The translations under genes were made by a program, and so were the position numbers. A stretch of DNA of 64,000 nt from an uncultured Armatimonadia bacterium (lineage in GTDB: Bacteria; Armatimonadota; Zipacnadia; CAVVLO01): NCBI GenBank assembly GCA_963749155.1, contig CAVVLO010000005.1, forward strand, positions 192,001-256,000. Direction: 5' to 3'. The notes beneath the pieces are model-generated. The model was not told the origin of the DNA and ran no database searches. It saw only the letters and a list, made by a program, of their open reading frames with translations. Below, piece by piece: positions 9,607-18,809 of this stretch (positions are counted from its first letter, which is position 1; each line of letters starts with the position of its first letter).

Positions 9607-10433
9607 GTACCTCTCGCAACAAGCGGTGGTCGAAAGAGGAGATCCTGACGCGGCTGCGCGAGTTGCACGAGCAGGGCGTGAAGCTGGTGCCTTCCGAAAT
9701 GCAGCGCAGGGAGCCAAAGCTTTTCTATATCGCCCGGTCGAGGTCTTATTTTGGCACCTGGAAAGAGGCCGTGCGCGCGGCAGGCTATTCGTATCGACGT
9801 ATAAAGAAAAGCGCCAGCAGGTGGAACCCCGAGCGCGTGCGTCGAGAACTTGCCAGACATTTTGCGGCGGGGGAGGATCTGCTGTCGCCTGTTTTCTGCA
9901 AGCAGAACGCCAAACTCGTCGAGGTGGCAAGAGGCAGGGGCGCCTTCGGGGGATGGCGTAAAGCGCTGGAGGCCGCCGGGATTGATCCGGAGGAAGTGCG
10001 CAAGCGGCATTTCCTCTCCAAGGAACGGATTATCGAGGAGCTGCAGGCGCTTGCGGCAAGCGGATCAGTACCAGATTCCAAAACTTTGCGCGAGACTCGG
10101 CCCGATTTGTATCGAGCAGCGCGCCGGCCGGAGACCTTCGGCAGTTTCCAGTCGGCGCTGGTGGCTGCTGGACTGGCAGAGGAAGAGCCGAAACAGCGCA
10201 TCCGCTGGAGCCGCGAACGCGTAAAGCTGGGGGTTCAGGTGCTCGCCAGACGCGGAGTTGGCCTGAGCCAGCAAGAGGCTCTGGCTGTCTCGCCAGCGCT
10301 GGTAGCGGCGGCCAAGAGCAAGCGCCATTTCGGCAGTTGGGGCAAAGCGGTCGAAGCTGCCGGTTTTGATTATGCCAAACACAGCCAGCGCAGGCGAAAG
10401 CCTGCCAAAGGCAGACGAGGTGAGGCGCGATGA
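9603..10433 (+). CDS. Basic protein of four ~65-aa helical repeats (resembles the homing-endonuclease-associated repeat); putative DNA-binding protein
   Basis: Four units W(S/N)xExx...FG(S/T/G)W/Fxx A(V/L)xAAG; the first repeat is complete only if translation begins at CTG 9603 (ORF track starts at TTG 9663). Confidence 0.7.
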   Translation: MSTSRNKRWSKEEILTRLRELHEQGVKLVPSEMQRREPKLFYIARSRSYFGTWKEAVRAAGYSYRRIKKSASRWNPERVRRELARHFAAGEDLLSPVFCKQNAKLVEVARGRGAFGGWRKALEAAGIDPEEVRKRHFLSKERIIEELQALAASGSVPDSKTLRETRPDLYRAARRPETFGSFQSALVAAGLAEEEPKQRIRWSRERVKLGVQVLARRGVGLSQQEALAVSPALVAAAKSKRHFGSWGKAVEAAGFDYAKHSQRRRKPAKGRRGEAR

Positions 10434-11389
10434 GGCTAGCTCTTGTAGAAGGCCCTGGCGGAAGGGAGTTCGCGCTACGACTTGGCAAGGAGTATTACGC
10501 TGTGTCAGCCCTGGCAAAAACGCTTGGGCGCGAGGACGAGGTCAGGCTACTGACTGACTGGCAGGCAGTCTGCTCACTTGACGGGCCGGCTCACAGTTTC
10601 CTGCAAGAGTTGCGCCAGACCTTTTCCACCAGGCCGGAGGCCTTGCCGGCGCCACTTGAACCCGGCAGTTTCGAGTTTCTGCCTGTGGTCGGGCCCGACA
10701 GGCAGCTCTTTCTGCTTGCGGGCAATTACCTCGAACATGTCAAAGAAGGCGAATCCATCCTCGCGCTCAAAGCGGCCGAGCAGCAGAAGTTCTACAGGCC
10801 ACGGGTCTTCTCGAAACACCCCGGTGTCTGTGGGATTGGTCACGGGACGCCTATCCAGATTCCAGTTAACGCTCGGCAGCCAGACTACGAAGGTGAGTTG
10901 CTTGTGGTTATCGGGCGAGAAGCAAGGCATGTTAGCCCTGATGAGGCTATGCAGCAGGTGTATGGTTACAGTATAATCAATGATGTTTCGGAGCGGGCTT
11001 TTCGCTCTGGCGCCGAAGAGAGCGAGCACCCCTTCGACAAGTTTTTCGACTGGCTTAACGGCAAATGGGCGGATGGTTACGCCGCCAGCGGCCCGGACCT
11101 GGTCAGCGCCGAGGAAGTGCCTGACCCATATGCCCTCGAACTGTCGACTGAAATTGACGGCGAGGTGCGCCAGAAGGCCAGCACGGGCGATATGATTTTC
11201 GACGTGGCTCGGGTGGTCAGCTTCATCTCGACCATCTGCACGCTAAGGCCAGGCGATGCCATCGCCACCGGGACGCCGAGTGGGGTTGGCAGCGCCTCGG
11301 GACGTTTCCTTAAGCCCGGTCAAACAGTCACAGTCCGCATCTCGGATGTGGGCGAGTTAAGCAACCCGGTTCAATCCGCGACACAGTGA
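10430..11389 (+). CDS. Fumarylacetoacetate hydrolase family protein
   Basis: AGNYLEH, DYEGELLVVIG, YSIINDVSER, GKWADG, LRPGDAIATGTPSGVG; ATGA overlap with the upstream gene. Confidence 0.93.
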   Translation: MRLALVEGPGGREFALRLGKEYYAVSALAKTLGREDEVRLLTDWQAVCSLDGPAHSFLQELRQTFSTRPEALPAPLEPGSFEFLPVVGPDRQLFLLAGNYLEHVKEGESILALKAAEQQKFYRPRVFSKHPGVCGIGHGTPIQIPVNARQPDYEGELLVVIGREARHVSPDEAMQQVYGYSIINDVSERAFRSGAEESEHPFDKFFDWLNGKWADGYAASGPDLVSAEEVPDPYALELSTEIDGEVRQKASTGDMIFDVARVVSFISTICTLRPGDAIATGTPSGVGSASGRFLKPGQTVTVRISDVGELSNPVQSATQ

Positions 11390-11393
11390 GGGG

Positions 11394-11789
11394 ATGGGTG
11401 TGAGCGTTAAAATTCTGGTTGTAGATGATGAGGTACCTGTAGCAACAGTTATCCAGGCGAACCTGGAACTCGAAGGCTACGAGGTCACAACCGCTTACGA
11501 TGGCAACCAGGGCCTTCTAAGGGCCAGAGAGCTCAAGCCTGACCTTATTCTGCTTGATGTGATGATGCCCGAGAAAGACGGCTGGACGGTATTGCAGGAG
11601 TTGCGCGGCGATCCGGAGTTGTACAAAACCCCGGTCATAATGCTCACCGCCCTTTCCCAGGAATCGGACATCTCGCGCGGCTGGGAGTCCGGTGTAGATT
11701 GTTACCTAACCAAGCCTTTTGATCCGCTTGAGATGATCGAGATTTGCAAACGCATCCTCGAGGCGGGCGATCTCGATCTCGATATGTAA
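11394..11789 (+). CDS. Single-domain response regulator (receiver only)
   Basis: ILVVDDE, LLDVMMP, IMLTA, YLTKPF; alternative start GTG 11400. Confidence 0.92.
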   Translation: MGVSVKILVVDDEVPVATVIQANLELEGYEVTTAYDGNQGLLRARELKPDLILLDVMMPEKDGWTVLQELRGDPELYKTPVIMLTALSQESDISRGWESGVDCYLTKPFDPLEMIEICKRILEAGDLDLDM

Positions 11790-11830
11790 CAAGACGTCCT
11801 GGCCTTGGTGCCAACGGGAGCTGAGGCCCA

Positions 11831-14293
11831 ATGCGGTGCGCTCTAGCTATGCTGCTTGCGCTAGGTCTTGCCTGCGCGAGTAACGCTGCTCCAGCCTTCA
11901 AGGCTGCACTTTTTGCCATCCCCACCGAGCTTCCCTGGCGTTACCACCTCGCTTGTGTGGTAGCCAACGCAGGGGACGAACCTGTCAAAGTCAGAGTCAC
12001 TCCTCAGCTTGTTGCCGAGGCCAATCCGGCCAGCAGGCTTCTCGAACTGAAGCGCGATGAGGTTGCGACCGCCAGCTTCGAGATTACCGTTCCCTCTGAG
12101 GCCTTGAACAAACTGGTGCGAGTCAGTTGCAACGCGCCGGGCCAGAGTGAACAGCTCAAGCTGCGGCTGACCTCCCTTACCAGCCTCGCTGGCGCCTGGC
12201 AGGTGAAGTTCGTTGGTGATGATACCTCGCTTGGCTATGCGGCTGAAGACGCTTCTCTGGAGGGCTTCCAGCCGCACATCGTCCCCTACACCCTTGAAGA
12301 CGTTGGCTACACCTGGCTCAGGCGAGAGGTCGTAATCCCAGAGGGCTGGGCCGGCAAGCCGTTGATGCTGCATATGGTGCAGGTGGACGACAACGATGCC
12401 ACTTTTTTCAACGGCCAGAAGATTGGCGAGACAGGTGGCTGGGACAACCCCCGCAATTATGTCATCCCTTCCGACTTGATCCGGTATGGAGAGCCTAATC
12501 TGGTTGCCGTGCGCGTTCATAATACGGCCTGGGGCGGTGGGCTTTACAAGCTGCCTCTTTATATCGCCCCCGAAGAAGTGATCTCTCGCGACCTGGCGAA
12601 GGGCCTTGTCCTGACTGACTATGCCCCCAAACCCGCGCCCAGATCAGCCCCGGGCGCCGTTGGCCCAGCCTTGCCCATGCGCCCGATTTTCGAGGAAGAG
12701 GGCGTCCTCTATTATATGGAAGGCCAGGAGGTCGCTCTCTGGGGCACCAACTACTACCCGATGGCCTGGGGCCAGTACACCAATATGCAGGCCAGGGGTG
12801 CCGATTTCCATAAAGCCATCGTGGAAGACCTCGATATGATGCAGCAGATGGGTATAGAGGTGCTGCGGCTGCATCTCTTCGACACCGAGATGTCCGATGC
12901 CCAGGGCAATCTGATAGACAACGAGCATCTGGAACTGCTTGATTTTCTTATTGCCGAGTGCAACCGGCGCAGTCTCTACTTTGTTATGACCACGATGGCC
13001 TGGTGGGGGTCGCCTTCGCAGCGCCCGGATGCCTTCTCGGTATTGCATCCGAAGGAAGCTCTGCTCTGGGGCGCTGAAGCAAAAGCGGCGGAGAAGAACT
13101 ACCTGAACCAGCTGCTAACCCATGTGAACCGATATACCGGCAATCCGTACGCCAAAGAGCCCTGCATCGCCTGTTATGAGTTGCTCAATGAGCCGACCTA
13201 CTACAGTTATGGCCAGGTGACCAGCGGCGCTGAAGAACGCGAGATTACCGAGTTACGGCAGCTTTATGCCGATTGGCTCGAGGCCAACGCCCTGCCTGAT
13301 AACGCGATGACCTACGATGCCTTCAGTTGCGAATTGGCAGCTAGCTGGGCCAATGGCAATCTGCGCGCCTTGCGCGAGGCAGGGGCCAGGCAGCCTGCGG
13401 GCATCGCTTTCTTCGCAGCGCATACGGTGGAGGGATTGCATCTCGGATTTTACCTTTCCCATGCCCAGCTCTTCACCACAGGCCGCTATATCGGCAGCTC
13501 GGAAGGCTGGAAAGGCCATGACACAACGGCCGACAACTATATGGCCTCCTACAACGCCGACAGCTTCCCCGAGGCTCTGGATAGCCTTGCGCGTATCGTC
13601 TACGAGTTCGATGCCATCTCGACGAGTCGCAGTTATATGTATCCGCCTTTCGCTGCGATGTGGCGCGATGCCGAGGTCCAGATCGCAACCCAGTTCCAGT
13701 ACGACACAATCGTAACCGCCGATCGCAACAGCGACTGGAATATCCATTATCTGAACTTCTGGTACACGCCCCGCAAAGCCGTCAGCTTCCTCATTGCGAG
13801 TGATGTATTTTTTGATCTGCCGAGGGGAACACCCTTCGCGCCAGAGCCAATGGGCAATATCCTGCCTGAACTGGGCGTCGCCTTCAGCTTCGAGCATGAT
13901 GTCAGTATCGAGGCGCGCCCAGACGTCTACAGGCAGAGCGCCCCGACCGACTGGAGGCCCTTGCCAATACCCCGGACCCCGCGCGAGATTATGGCCGTAG
14001 GCAATTGTCCCTACTGGGAATATGATGGAACCGGGCTGGTGCAACTGAAAGCCTCTGCAGAAGGTGCTACACTTGTAATAACGCCCAACGTGACTGAGCA
14101 TTATCCCTCGGGCGAATACTGGCACGAGGGGATGACCCGCACGCTGGACTCGGAGCCGAAAACGCTCAGGCTAAGATTGCCTGGTTATCAGGAGGCCAGG
14201 CTCATCGCTGCTGATGGCGCCATCCTGCAGCTTGTAAAAGGCGCAATCGAATTGAAACCTGGCACCTATAAACTCGAGCCTGCTGCTCGCTAG
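11831..14293 (+). CDS. Secreted glycoside hydrolase: jelly-roll sugar-binding domain plus clan GH-A (GH5-like) catalytic domain
   Basis: Signal peptide; VDDNDATFFNGQKIG...NLVAVRV..GGG domain; WGTNYY, RLH, ELLNEP acid/base, VYEFD nucleophile candidate. Confidence 0.75.
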   Translation: MRCALAMLLALGLACASNAAPAFKAALFAIPTELPWRYHLACVVANAGDEPVKVRVTPQLVAEANPASRLLELKRDEVATASFEITVPSEALNKLVRVSCNAPGQSEQLKLRLTSLTSLAGAWQVKFVGDDTSLGYAAEDASLEGFQPHIVPYTLEDVGYTWLRREVVIPEGWAGKPLMLHMVQVDDNDATFFNGQKIGETGGWDNPRNYVIPSDLIRYGEPNLVAVRVHNTAWGGGLYKLPLYIAPEEVISRDLAKGLVLTDYAPKPAPRSAPGAVGPALPMRPIFEEEGVLYYMEGQEVALWGTNYYPMAWGQYTNMQARGADFHKAIVEDLDMMQQMGIEVLRLHLFDTEMSDAQGNLIDNEHLELLDFLIAECNRRSLYFVMTTMAWWGSPSQRPDAFSVLHPKEALLWGAEAKAAEKNYLNQLLTHVNRYTGNPYAKEPCIACYELLNEPTYYSYGQVTSGAEEREITELRQLYADWLEANALPDNAMTYDAFSCELAASWANGNLRALREAGARQPAGIAFFAAHTVEGLHLGFYLSHAQLFTTGRYIGSSEGWKGHDTTADNYMASYNADSFPEALDSLARIVYEFDAISTSRSYMYPPFAAMWRDAEVQIATQFQYDTIVTADRNSDWNIHYLNFWYTPRKAVSFLIASDVFFDLPRGTPFAPEPMGNILPELGVAFSFEHDVSIEARPDVYRQSAPTDWRPLPIPRTPREIMAVGNCPYWEYDGTGLVQLKASAEGATLVITPNVTEHYPSGEYWHEGMTRTLDSEPKTLRLRLPGYQEARLIAADGAILQLVKGAIELKPGTYKLEPAAR

Positions 14294-14308
14294 AGGAGTG
14301 ATTTGCCA

Positions 14309-14761
14309 ATGAAGCCCTTGTTGCTTGTTCTGTTGATTCTGGCTGTGCTGCTGGGACTGGTTGCCTGCATCGCGCTTGCTGACGAAGATGCCTGTGAGAT
14401 TATCCGCACCGATGCGCCGGCAATTATTGTGAATGGCACAACGCTCGTGCCGATGAGAGCCATCTTCGAGTGGCTGGGCGCCGAGGTCAACTACACTTCG
14501 GCCGACAAGCACATCGAAGCCATCCGCAAAGGCATCTCGGTCAATCTCTGGATAGGGGACAGGCACTTCAAGATTCGTTATTCGGACGGCAGTCGGAAGG
14601 TAGGCAATCTGCTGGCGAAGCCTGTGGTTCGCAATGAGCGTACCCTGGTGCCACTTCGGTTCGTTTCCGAAGCAATGAACTGCAAAGTCGAATACGACGC
14701 CGATGCCAAGACTGTACAGATCAAAGATGGCGAGCGTTGCGGCCTGGTAATGCTGCCCTGA
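14309..14761 (+). CDS. Copper amine oxidase N-terminal (stalk) domain protein, secreted
   Basis: Signal peptide; NGTTLVPMRAIFEWLGAEV and RTLVPLRFVSEAMNCKVEYD. Confidence 0.88.
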   Translation: MKPLLLVLLILAVLLGLVACIALADEDACEIIRTDAPAIIVNGTTLVPMRAIFEWLGAEVNYTSADKHIEAIRKGISVNLWIGDRHFKIRYSDGSRKVGNLLAKPVVRNERTLVPLRFVSEAMNCKVEYDADAKTVQIKDGERCGLVMLP

Positions 14762-14789
14762 ATCTGGGGTTCTGAGCCCAGGGTCTGGC

Positions 14790-14818
14790 TTGACAGCGGG
14801 AGAGGCCATCTCTATAAT
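14790..14818 (+). promoter_or_regulatory. Consensus sigma70 promoter for the ffh operon
   Basis: TTGACA (14790-14795), 17 nt, TATAAT (14813-14818). Confidence 0.9.
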
Positions 14819-14839
14819 CTCACCGCGCTGAACGGCCTA

Positions 14840-14945
14840 GTCCAGTCTGCTCGGACGCAGCCCCGCCCTCGTGTGGTACGGGACACCTTCCTCTCGCGAG
14901 GGACGCCCCTGAGCGCTGAGGGGAGTAGGGCTGCGCTCGTTTTTT
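14840..14945 (+). ncRNA. Structured ffh 5' leader, candidate cis-regulatory RNA
   Basis: Closing stem CGCAGCCC/GGGCTGCG enclosing three hairpins, followed by a T run just before the ffh start. Confidence 0.5.
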
Positions 14946-14954
14946 AAGGTAGCA

Positions 14955-16289
14955 ATGTTTGAGAGCCTGACCGATAAACTCTCCGGCGTCTTCTCTCGGC
15001 TGCGCAACAAGGGCAAGCTGACGGAAGCTGACGTTAAGACGGGCCTGCGCGAAATCAGGCTGGTGCTACTTGAGGCGGATGTCAACTACAAAGTCGTAAA
15101 AGACTTTGTAAAGAGCCTCGAAGAGGAAGCTATCGGCGAGGCCGTACTGAAGAGCCTTAGCCCTGACCAGCAACTCGTGAAGCTGGTGCGAGACAAGCTC
15201 GTAGAGTTGCTTGGGACGGAGCAGGCCAAACTGGAATTCGGCCCCGCAAGGCCTGCCGCGCTGATGCTGGTTGGCCTCCAGGGCAGCGGCAAGACCACCT
15301 GCGCCGGCAAACTTGCGCGCAGGCTGAAGAAAGAGGGCCATAGGCCTTTGCTCGTGGCGTGCGACGTGTATCGCCCGGCCGCGATTGACCAGCTCCAACG
15401 GGTCGCCGAGATGGCCGAGGTGGACGTCTTCCAGATGGGCACTGGGACTGATCCGGTGGACATCGCAAAGGCGGGTTTTGCGCACGCGCGTCAGCATGGC
15501 AACGATTTGGTGCTGCTGGATACCGCGGGCCGGCTTCAGCTCGATGATGATTTGATGCAGGAACTCGAGCGGATGAAGGCCGCCGTCAGGCCGGCCGAAG
15601 TGCTACTGGTCGTGGACTCGCAGACAGGCCAGGAAGCCGTTAACGTTGCTGGCGAGTTCGATGCGCGCATCGGGCTTACGGGCCTTGTACTAACCAAGCT
15701 GGACGGCGATGCGCGCGGTGGCGCCGCCCTCTCGGTGAGAGCGGTCACCGGCAAGCCCATCAAGCTGGTGGGCGTCGGAGAGAAGCTCGATGCGCTCGAG
15801 CCTTTCTATCCTGACCGGATGGCTTCGCGTATCCTCGGGATGGGCGATGTGCTCTCGCTCATCGAGAAAGCCGAAGAGCAGGTAGATCAGGAAGAAGCGA
15901 AGCGGATGACCGAGCGCCTGATGCGCGCGGAGTTCAACTTCGAGGACTTCCTTAAGCAGATGAAACAGCTTCGCAATATGGGGCCACTCGATCATATCCT
16001 GGATATGATGCCCGGATTCGGCGCCATGAAGAAGAAGCTTAACCTGCAGGTGGACGAGAGCCAACTCAAACACCTGGAAGCAATGATCCAGTCGATGACG
16101 CTGGAAGAGCGCCGGAACCCGGATCTGATAAGCTCAAGCCGGCGCAAGCGGATAGCGGCCGGTAGCGGCAAGAAAGTGCACGATGTAAACGAACTGCTCA
16201 AGCAGTTTCGCCAGATGAAGAAGATGATGAAAGGTATGGGCTCTGCAGCAAAGAAGGGCAAACTCCCCTTCAATCTGCGTGGGTTCTAG
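14955..16289 (+). CDS. ffh: Signal recognition particle protein
   Basis: GLQGSGKTT, DVYRPAA, DTAGRL, TKLDGDARGG, RMASRILGMGD, Met-rich M domain. Confidence 0.98.
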   Translation: MFESLTDKLSGVFSRLRNKGKLTEADVKTGLREIRLVLLEADVNYKVVKDFVKSLEEEAIGEAVLKSLSPDQQLVKLVRDKLVELLGTEQAKLEFGPARPAALMLVGLQGSGKTTCAGKLARRLKKEGHRPLLVACDVYRPAAIDQLQRVAEMAEVDVFQMGTGTDPVDIAKAGFAHARQHGNDLVLLDTAGRLQLDDDLMQELERMKAAVRPAEVLLVVDSQTGQEAVNVAGEFDARIGLTGLVLTKLDGDARGGAALSVRAVTGKPIKLVGVGEKLDALEPFYPDRMASRILGMGDVLSLIEKAEEQVDQEEAKRMTERLMRAEFNFEDFLKQMKQLRNMGPLDHILDMMPGFGAMKKKLNLQVDESQLKHLEAMIQSMTLEERRNPDLISSSRRKRIAAGSGKKVHDVNELLKQFRQMKKMMKGMGSAAKKGKLPFNLRGF

Positions 16290-16326
16290 TTGTATAGGTG
16301 CAGACACCGTGGAGGTGACCCCGTAA

Positions 16327-16830
16327 GTGCTTAAGATCAGACTGAAGAGACTTGGGGCGAAGAAGCGTCCTTTCTATCGCATCGTAGTCGCAGATTGCAA
16401 GAAGCCCCGTCAGGGCAGGTCAGTAGAAGAGCTGGGCTGGTACGATCCGCTTACCAAGCCGGCTCGCGTTGAGTTCGACACCGAGAAGGCCGATAGCTGG
16501 GTAGCCAAAGGCGCCAAGATGAGCGAGACTGTTGCCAGCCTGTATAGCCAGGTAAAGGCAGGTCTACTCGGTAGTGCAACTCCCGAAGCTCCTGTTGCCG
16601 CCGAGGCCAAAGCGCCGAAAGTGGAAGAGGCTCCGGTTGTCGAAGAGGCTCCCGTGGTTGAAGAAGCAGTTGCCGAAGAGGTTGTTGCCGAAGAACCAGT
16701 TGCCGAAGAACCAGTGGCGGAAGAAGCTGTCGCGGAAGTTGTTGAAGAGCCAGTAGCGGAGGTTGTTGAAGAGCCGGTAGCTGAAGAGCCGACCCTTGAA
16801 GAGCCAACCGAAGAAACCGAACAGAGCTAG
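16327..16830 (+). CDS. rpsP: 30S ribosomal protein S16 with long acidic C-terminal extension
   Basis: [31 protein letters not shown]-type repeats in the tail. Confidence 0.95.
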   Translation: MLKIRLKRLGAKKRPFYRIVVADCKKPRQGRSVEELGWYDPLTKPARVEFDTEKADSWVAKGAKMSETVASLYSQVKAGLLGSATPEAPVAAEAKAPKVEEAPVVEEAPVVEEAVAEEVVAEEPVAEEPVAEEAVAEVVEEPVAEVVEEPVAEEPTLEEPTEETEQS

Positions 16831-16876
16831 ACGCCGTCGGATGTTCGATCTCGTCTAGAAGTTGGGGGTGGGTGTG

Positions 16877-17107
16877 GTGAAGGAGTTCGTCGAGTTCGTT
16901 GTGAGAGCCTTGGTGGATTCCCCCGACGCGGTAGAGATCAACCAAGTTGAGGGCGAGCGCACCATTGTCATCGAGGTAAAAGTCGCCTCGGATGACCTGG
17001 GCAAGATAATTGGCAAGCAGGGACGCATCGCAAATGCTTTGAGGACCATCGTCAAAGCTGCCGCGATGAAGGACGACAAGAAAGTGACACTGGAGATACT
17101 TCCCTGA
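16877..17107 (+). CDS. khpA: KH domain RNA-binding protein
   Basis: DLGKIIGKQGRIANALRT; located between rpsP and rimM; start could also be 16862 or 16874. Confidence 0.9.
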   Translation: MKEFVEFVVRALVDSPDAVEINQVEGERTIVIEVKVASDDLGKIIGKQGRIANALRTIVKAAAMKDDKKVTLEILP

Positions 17108-17121
17108 GGGGGCCTGGCACC

Positions 17122-17643
17122 GTGGGCGAACCGCTTGATGAGTGGGACGTCACAGTAGGGCTGCTGCGTACCTCTTCGGGGCTGGATGGCAGCGTCAAGG
17201 TCGAGCCTATGACCTTCGATCCTGAGCGTTTCGAGCTGCTCAAGCAGGTCGCGATTGAGACGGTGCGCGGCAAGCGCCTGTTCAAAATCGAACGGGTAGA
17301 GTTCAGAGACAAACTGCTGCTGCTGAAGCTCGAAGGCATAGACAGCAGAGAGGCGGCCAAGGCGTTGGCGACCAGCCGGATTTTGATTCGAGAGGCGGAT
17401 CGTCTGCCCCTCGATGAGCCTGACGAGTTCTATGTAGACGAACTTCTCGGGCTTGAGATCGTCACAGAGAGCGGCGAAAGTCTGGGCCCGATTATCGAGG
17501 TACTGAACTATCCCGCCAACGATGTGTATGAGACACCGGTGGCTCTGGTGCCCGCCATCAGGCAGATCGTGAAACAGATCGATCTGAAGGCACGGCGAGT
17601 GATAGTTGAGGACAGGCCAGGGCTGCGCAAGGCCGATGTATGA
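17122..17643 (+). CDS. rimM: Ribosome maturation factor RimM
   Basis: GLDGSVKV, EGIDSREAA, DEFYVDELLG, ANDVY, LVPAI; conserved synteny. Confidence 0.92.
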   Translation: MGEPLDEWDVTVGLLRTSSGLDGSVKVEPMTFDPERFELLKQVAIETVRGKRLFKIERVEFRDKLLLLKLEGIDSREAAKALATSRILIREADRLPLDEPDEFYVDELLGLEIVTESGESLGPIIEVLNYPANDVYETPVALVPAIRQIVKQIDLKARRVIVEDRPGLRKADV

Positions 17644-18437
17644 GGATCGACGTCGTCACGTTGTTTCCCGAGGCGCTGGAAGGCCCGCTAGGGCACAGTA
17701 TACTTGGGCGCGCGGTGGAGAAAGGCCTGGTGGACATCAGGCTTTGGAATCTGCGCGAGTTCACTGACGACCTGCATCGCACCGCGGATGACGCGCCTTA
17801 TGGCGGCGGAGCCGGGATGGTGCTCAAGCCAGAGCCTTTCTTCAAGGCGGCGGAGACCATCTTTGCCGATTGGGGCACCCGCGAGGCGTCCAGAGTGTTG
17901 CTTACGACGCCGCAGGGACGAGTGTTCGACCAGGAGTTTGCAGAGGAGCTTGGCGACTCGGAGCGGCTTCTGGTGTTATGCGGTCACTATGAGAGCGTCG
18001 ACGAGCGAGTGCGCGAGCACCTGGCCACCGATGAAGTCTCAATTGGCGATTATGTTTTGACTGGCGGAGAACTGGCCGCGGCGGTTATAATCGACGCCAC
18101 TGTGCGGCTGCTGCCAGGGGTAGTGGGAGAGGGTGACTCCACCGTGATGGAGTCTTTTTCGGGCTTCCTGCTCGAGCACCCCCACTACACCCGGCCCGCC
18201 GAGTTCAGAGGCTGGCGCGTACCTGACGTACTGCTGTCAGGTCACCACGAAGAAGTGCGGCGCTGGCGACTGAAGATGGCCCTCAAGCGGACGCTTGAGC
18301 GGCGAGCTGACCTGCTTGAGGCCACGGAACTGACGGGCGAAGAGCAGGCTTTGCTGGATGAAATTGGACAGGAGCTGGCGGCGCAGGCCGAACAGCCAAA
18401 CGGAGGACCAGAAGATGGACGTTATCAATCGGATTGA
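17640..18437 (+). CDS. trmD: tRNA (guanine-N1)-methyltransferase
   Basis: [42 protein letters not shown]. Confidence 0.97.
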   Translation: MRIDVVTLFPEALEGPLGHSILGRAVEKGLVDIRLWNLREFTDDLHRTADDAPYGGGAGMVLKPEPFFKAAETIFADWGTREASRVLLTTPQGRVFDQEFAEELGDSERLLVLCGHYESVDERVREHLATDEVSIGDYVLTGGELAAAVIIDATVRLLPGVVGEGDSTVMESFSGFLLEHPHYTRPAEFRGWRVPDVLLSGHHEEVRRWRLKMALKRTLERRADLLEATELTGEEQALLDEIGQELAAQAEQPNGGPEDGRYQSD

Positions 18438-18762
18438 GTCAGCGCAGCTGAGGGAACAGACCACCGAATTCAACGCCGGTGACAATGTGCGCGTTTCCTT
18501 CCGCATCAAGGAAGGCGACACCGAGCGCACTCAGGTATTCGAGGGTGTAGTTATCGCCCGGCGCGGCGATGGCCTGCGCGAGATGTTCACCGTGCGCAAG
18601 ATTAGCCACGGTGTAGGCGTCGAGCGGATCTTCCCGCTGCATTCTCCAAGGATTGAGAAGATCGAAGTCACGCGCCACGGCAAGGTGCGCAGGGCGAAGC
18701 TCTTCTTCCTGCGTAACCGCATCGGCAAGAAAGCCAGACTTAAGGAACGCGGCAGACAGTAG
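18415..18762 (+). CDS. rplS: 50S ribosomal protein L19
   Basis: [40 protein letters not shown] 18415 after GGAGG. Confidence 0.97.
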   Translation: MDVINRIESAQLREQTTEFNAGDNVRVSFRIKEGDTERTQVFEGVVIARRGDGLREMFTVRKISHGVGVERIFPLHSPRIEKIEVTRHGKVRRAKLFFLRNRIGKKARLKERGRQ

Positions 18763-18809
18763 TCCAATTCGACCGGGCGCCTTTGGGCGCCTGGAACTGG
18801 TGACGCGGC

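Noticed and set aside
14825..14945. SRP RNA or tRNA upstream of ffh
   Set aside because: Lacks the SRP domain IV signature (CAGG...GGAA...AGCAG) and tRNA hallmarks (TTCGA loop, CCA end); kept only as a candidate leader.
16600..16810. CRISPR-like short repeats
   Set aside because: In-frame coding repeats of the S16 tail without unique spacers.
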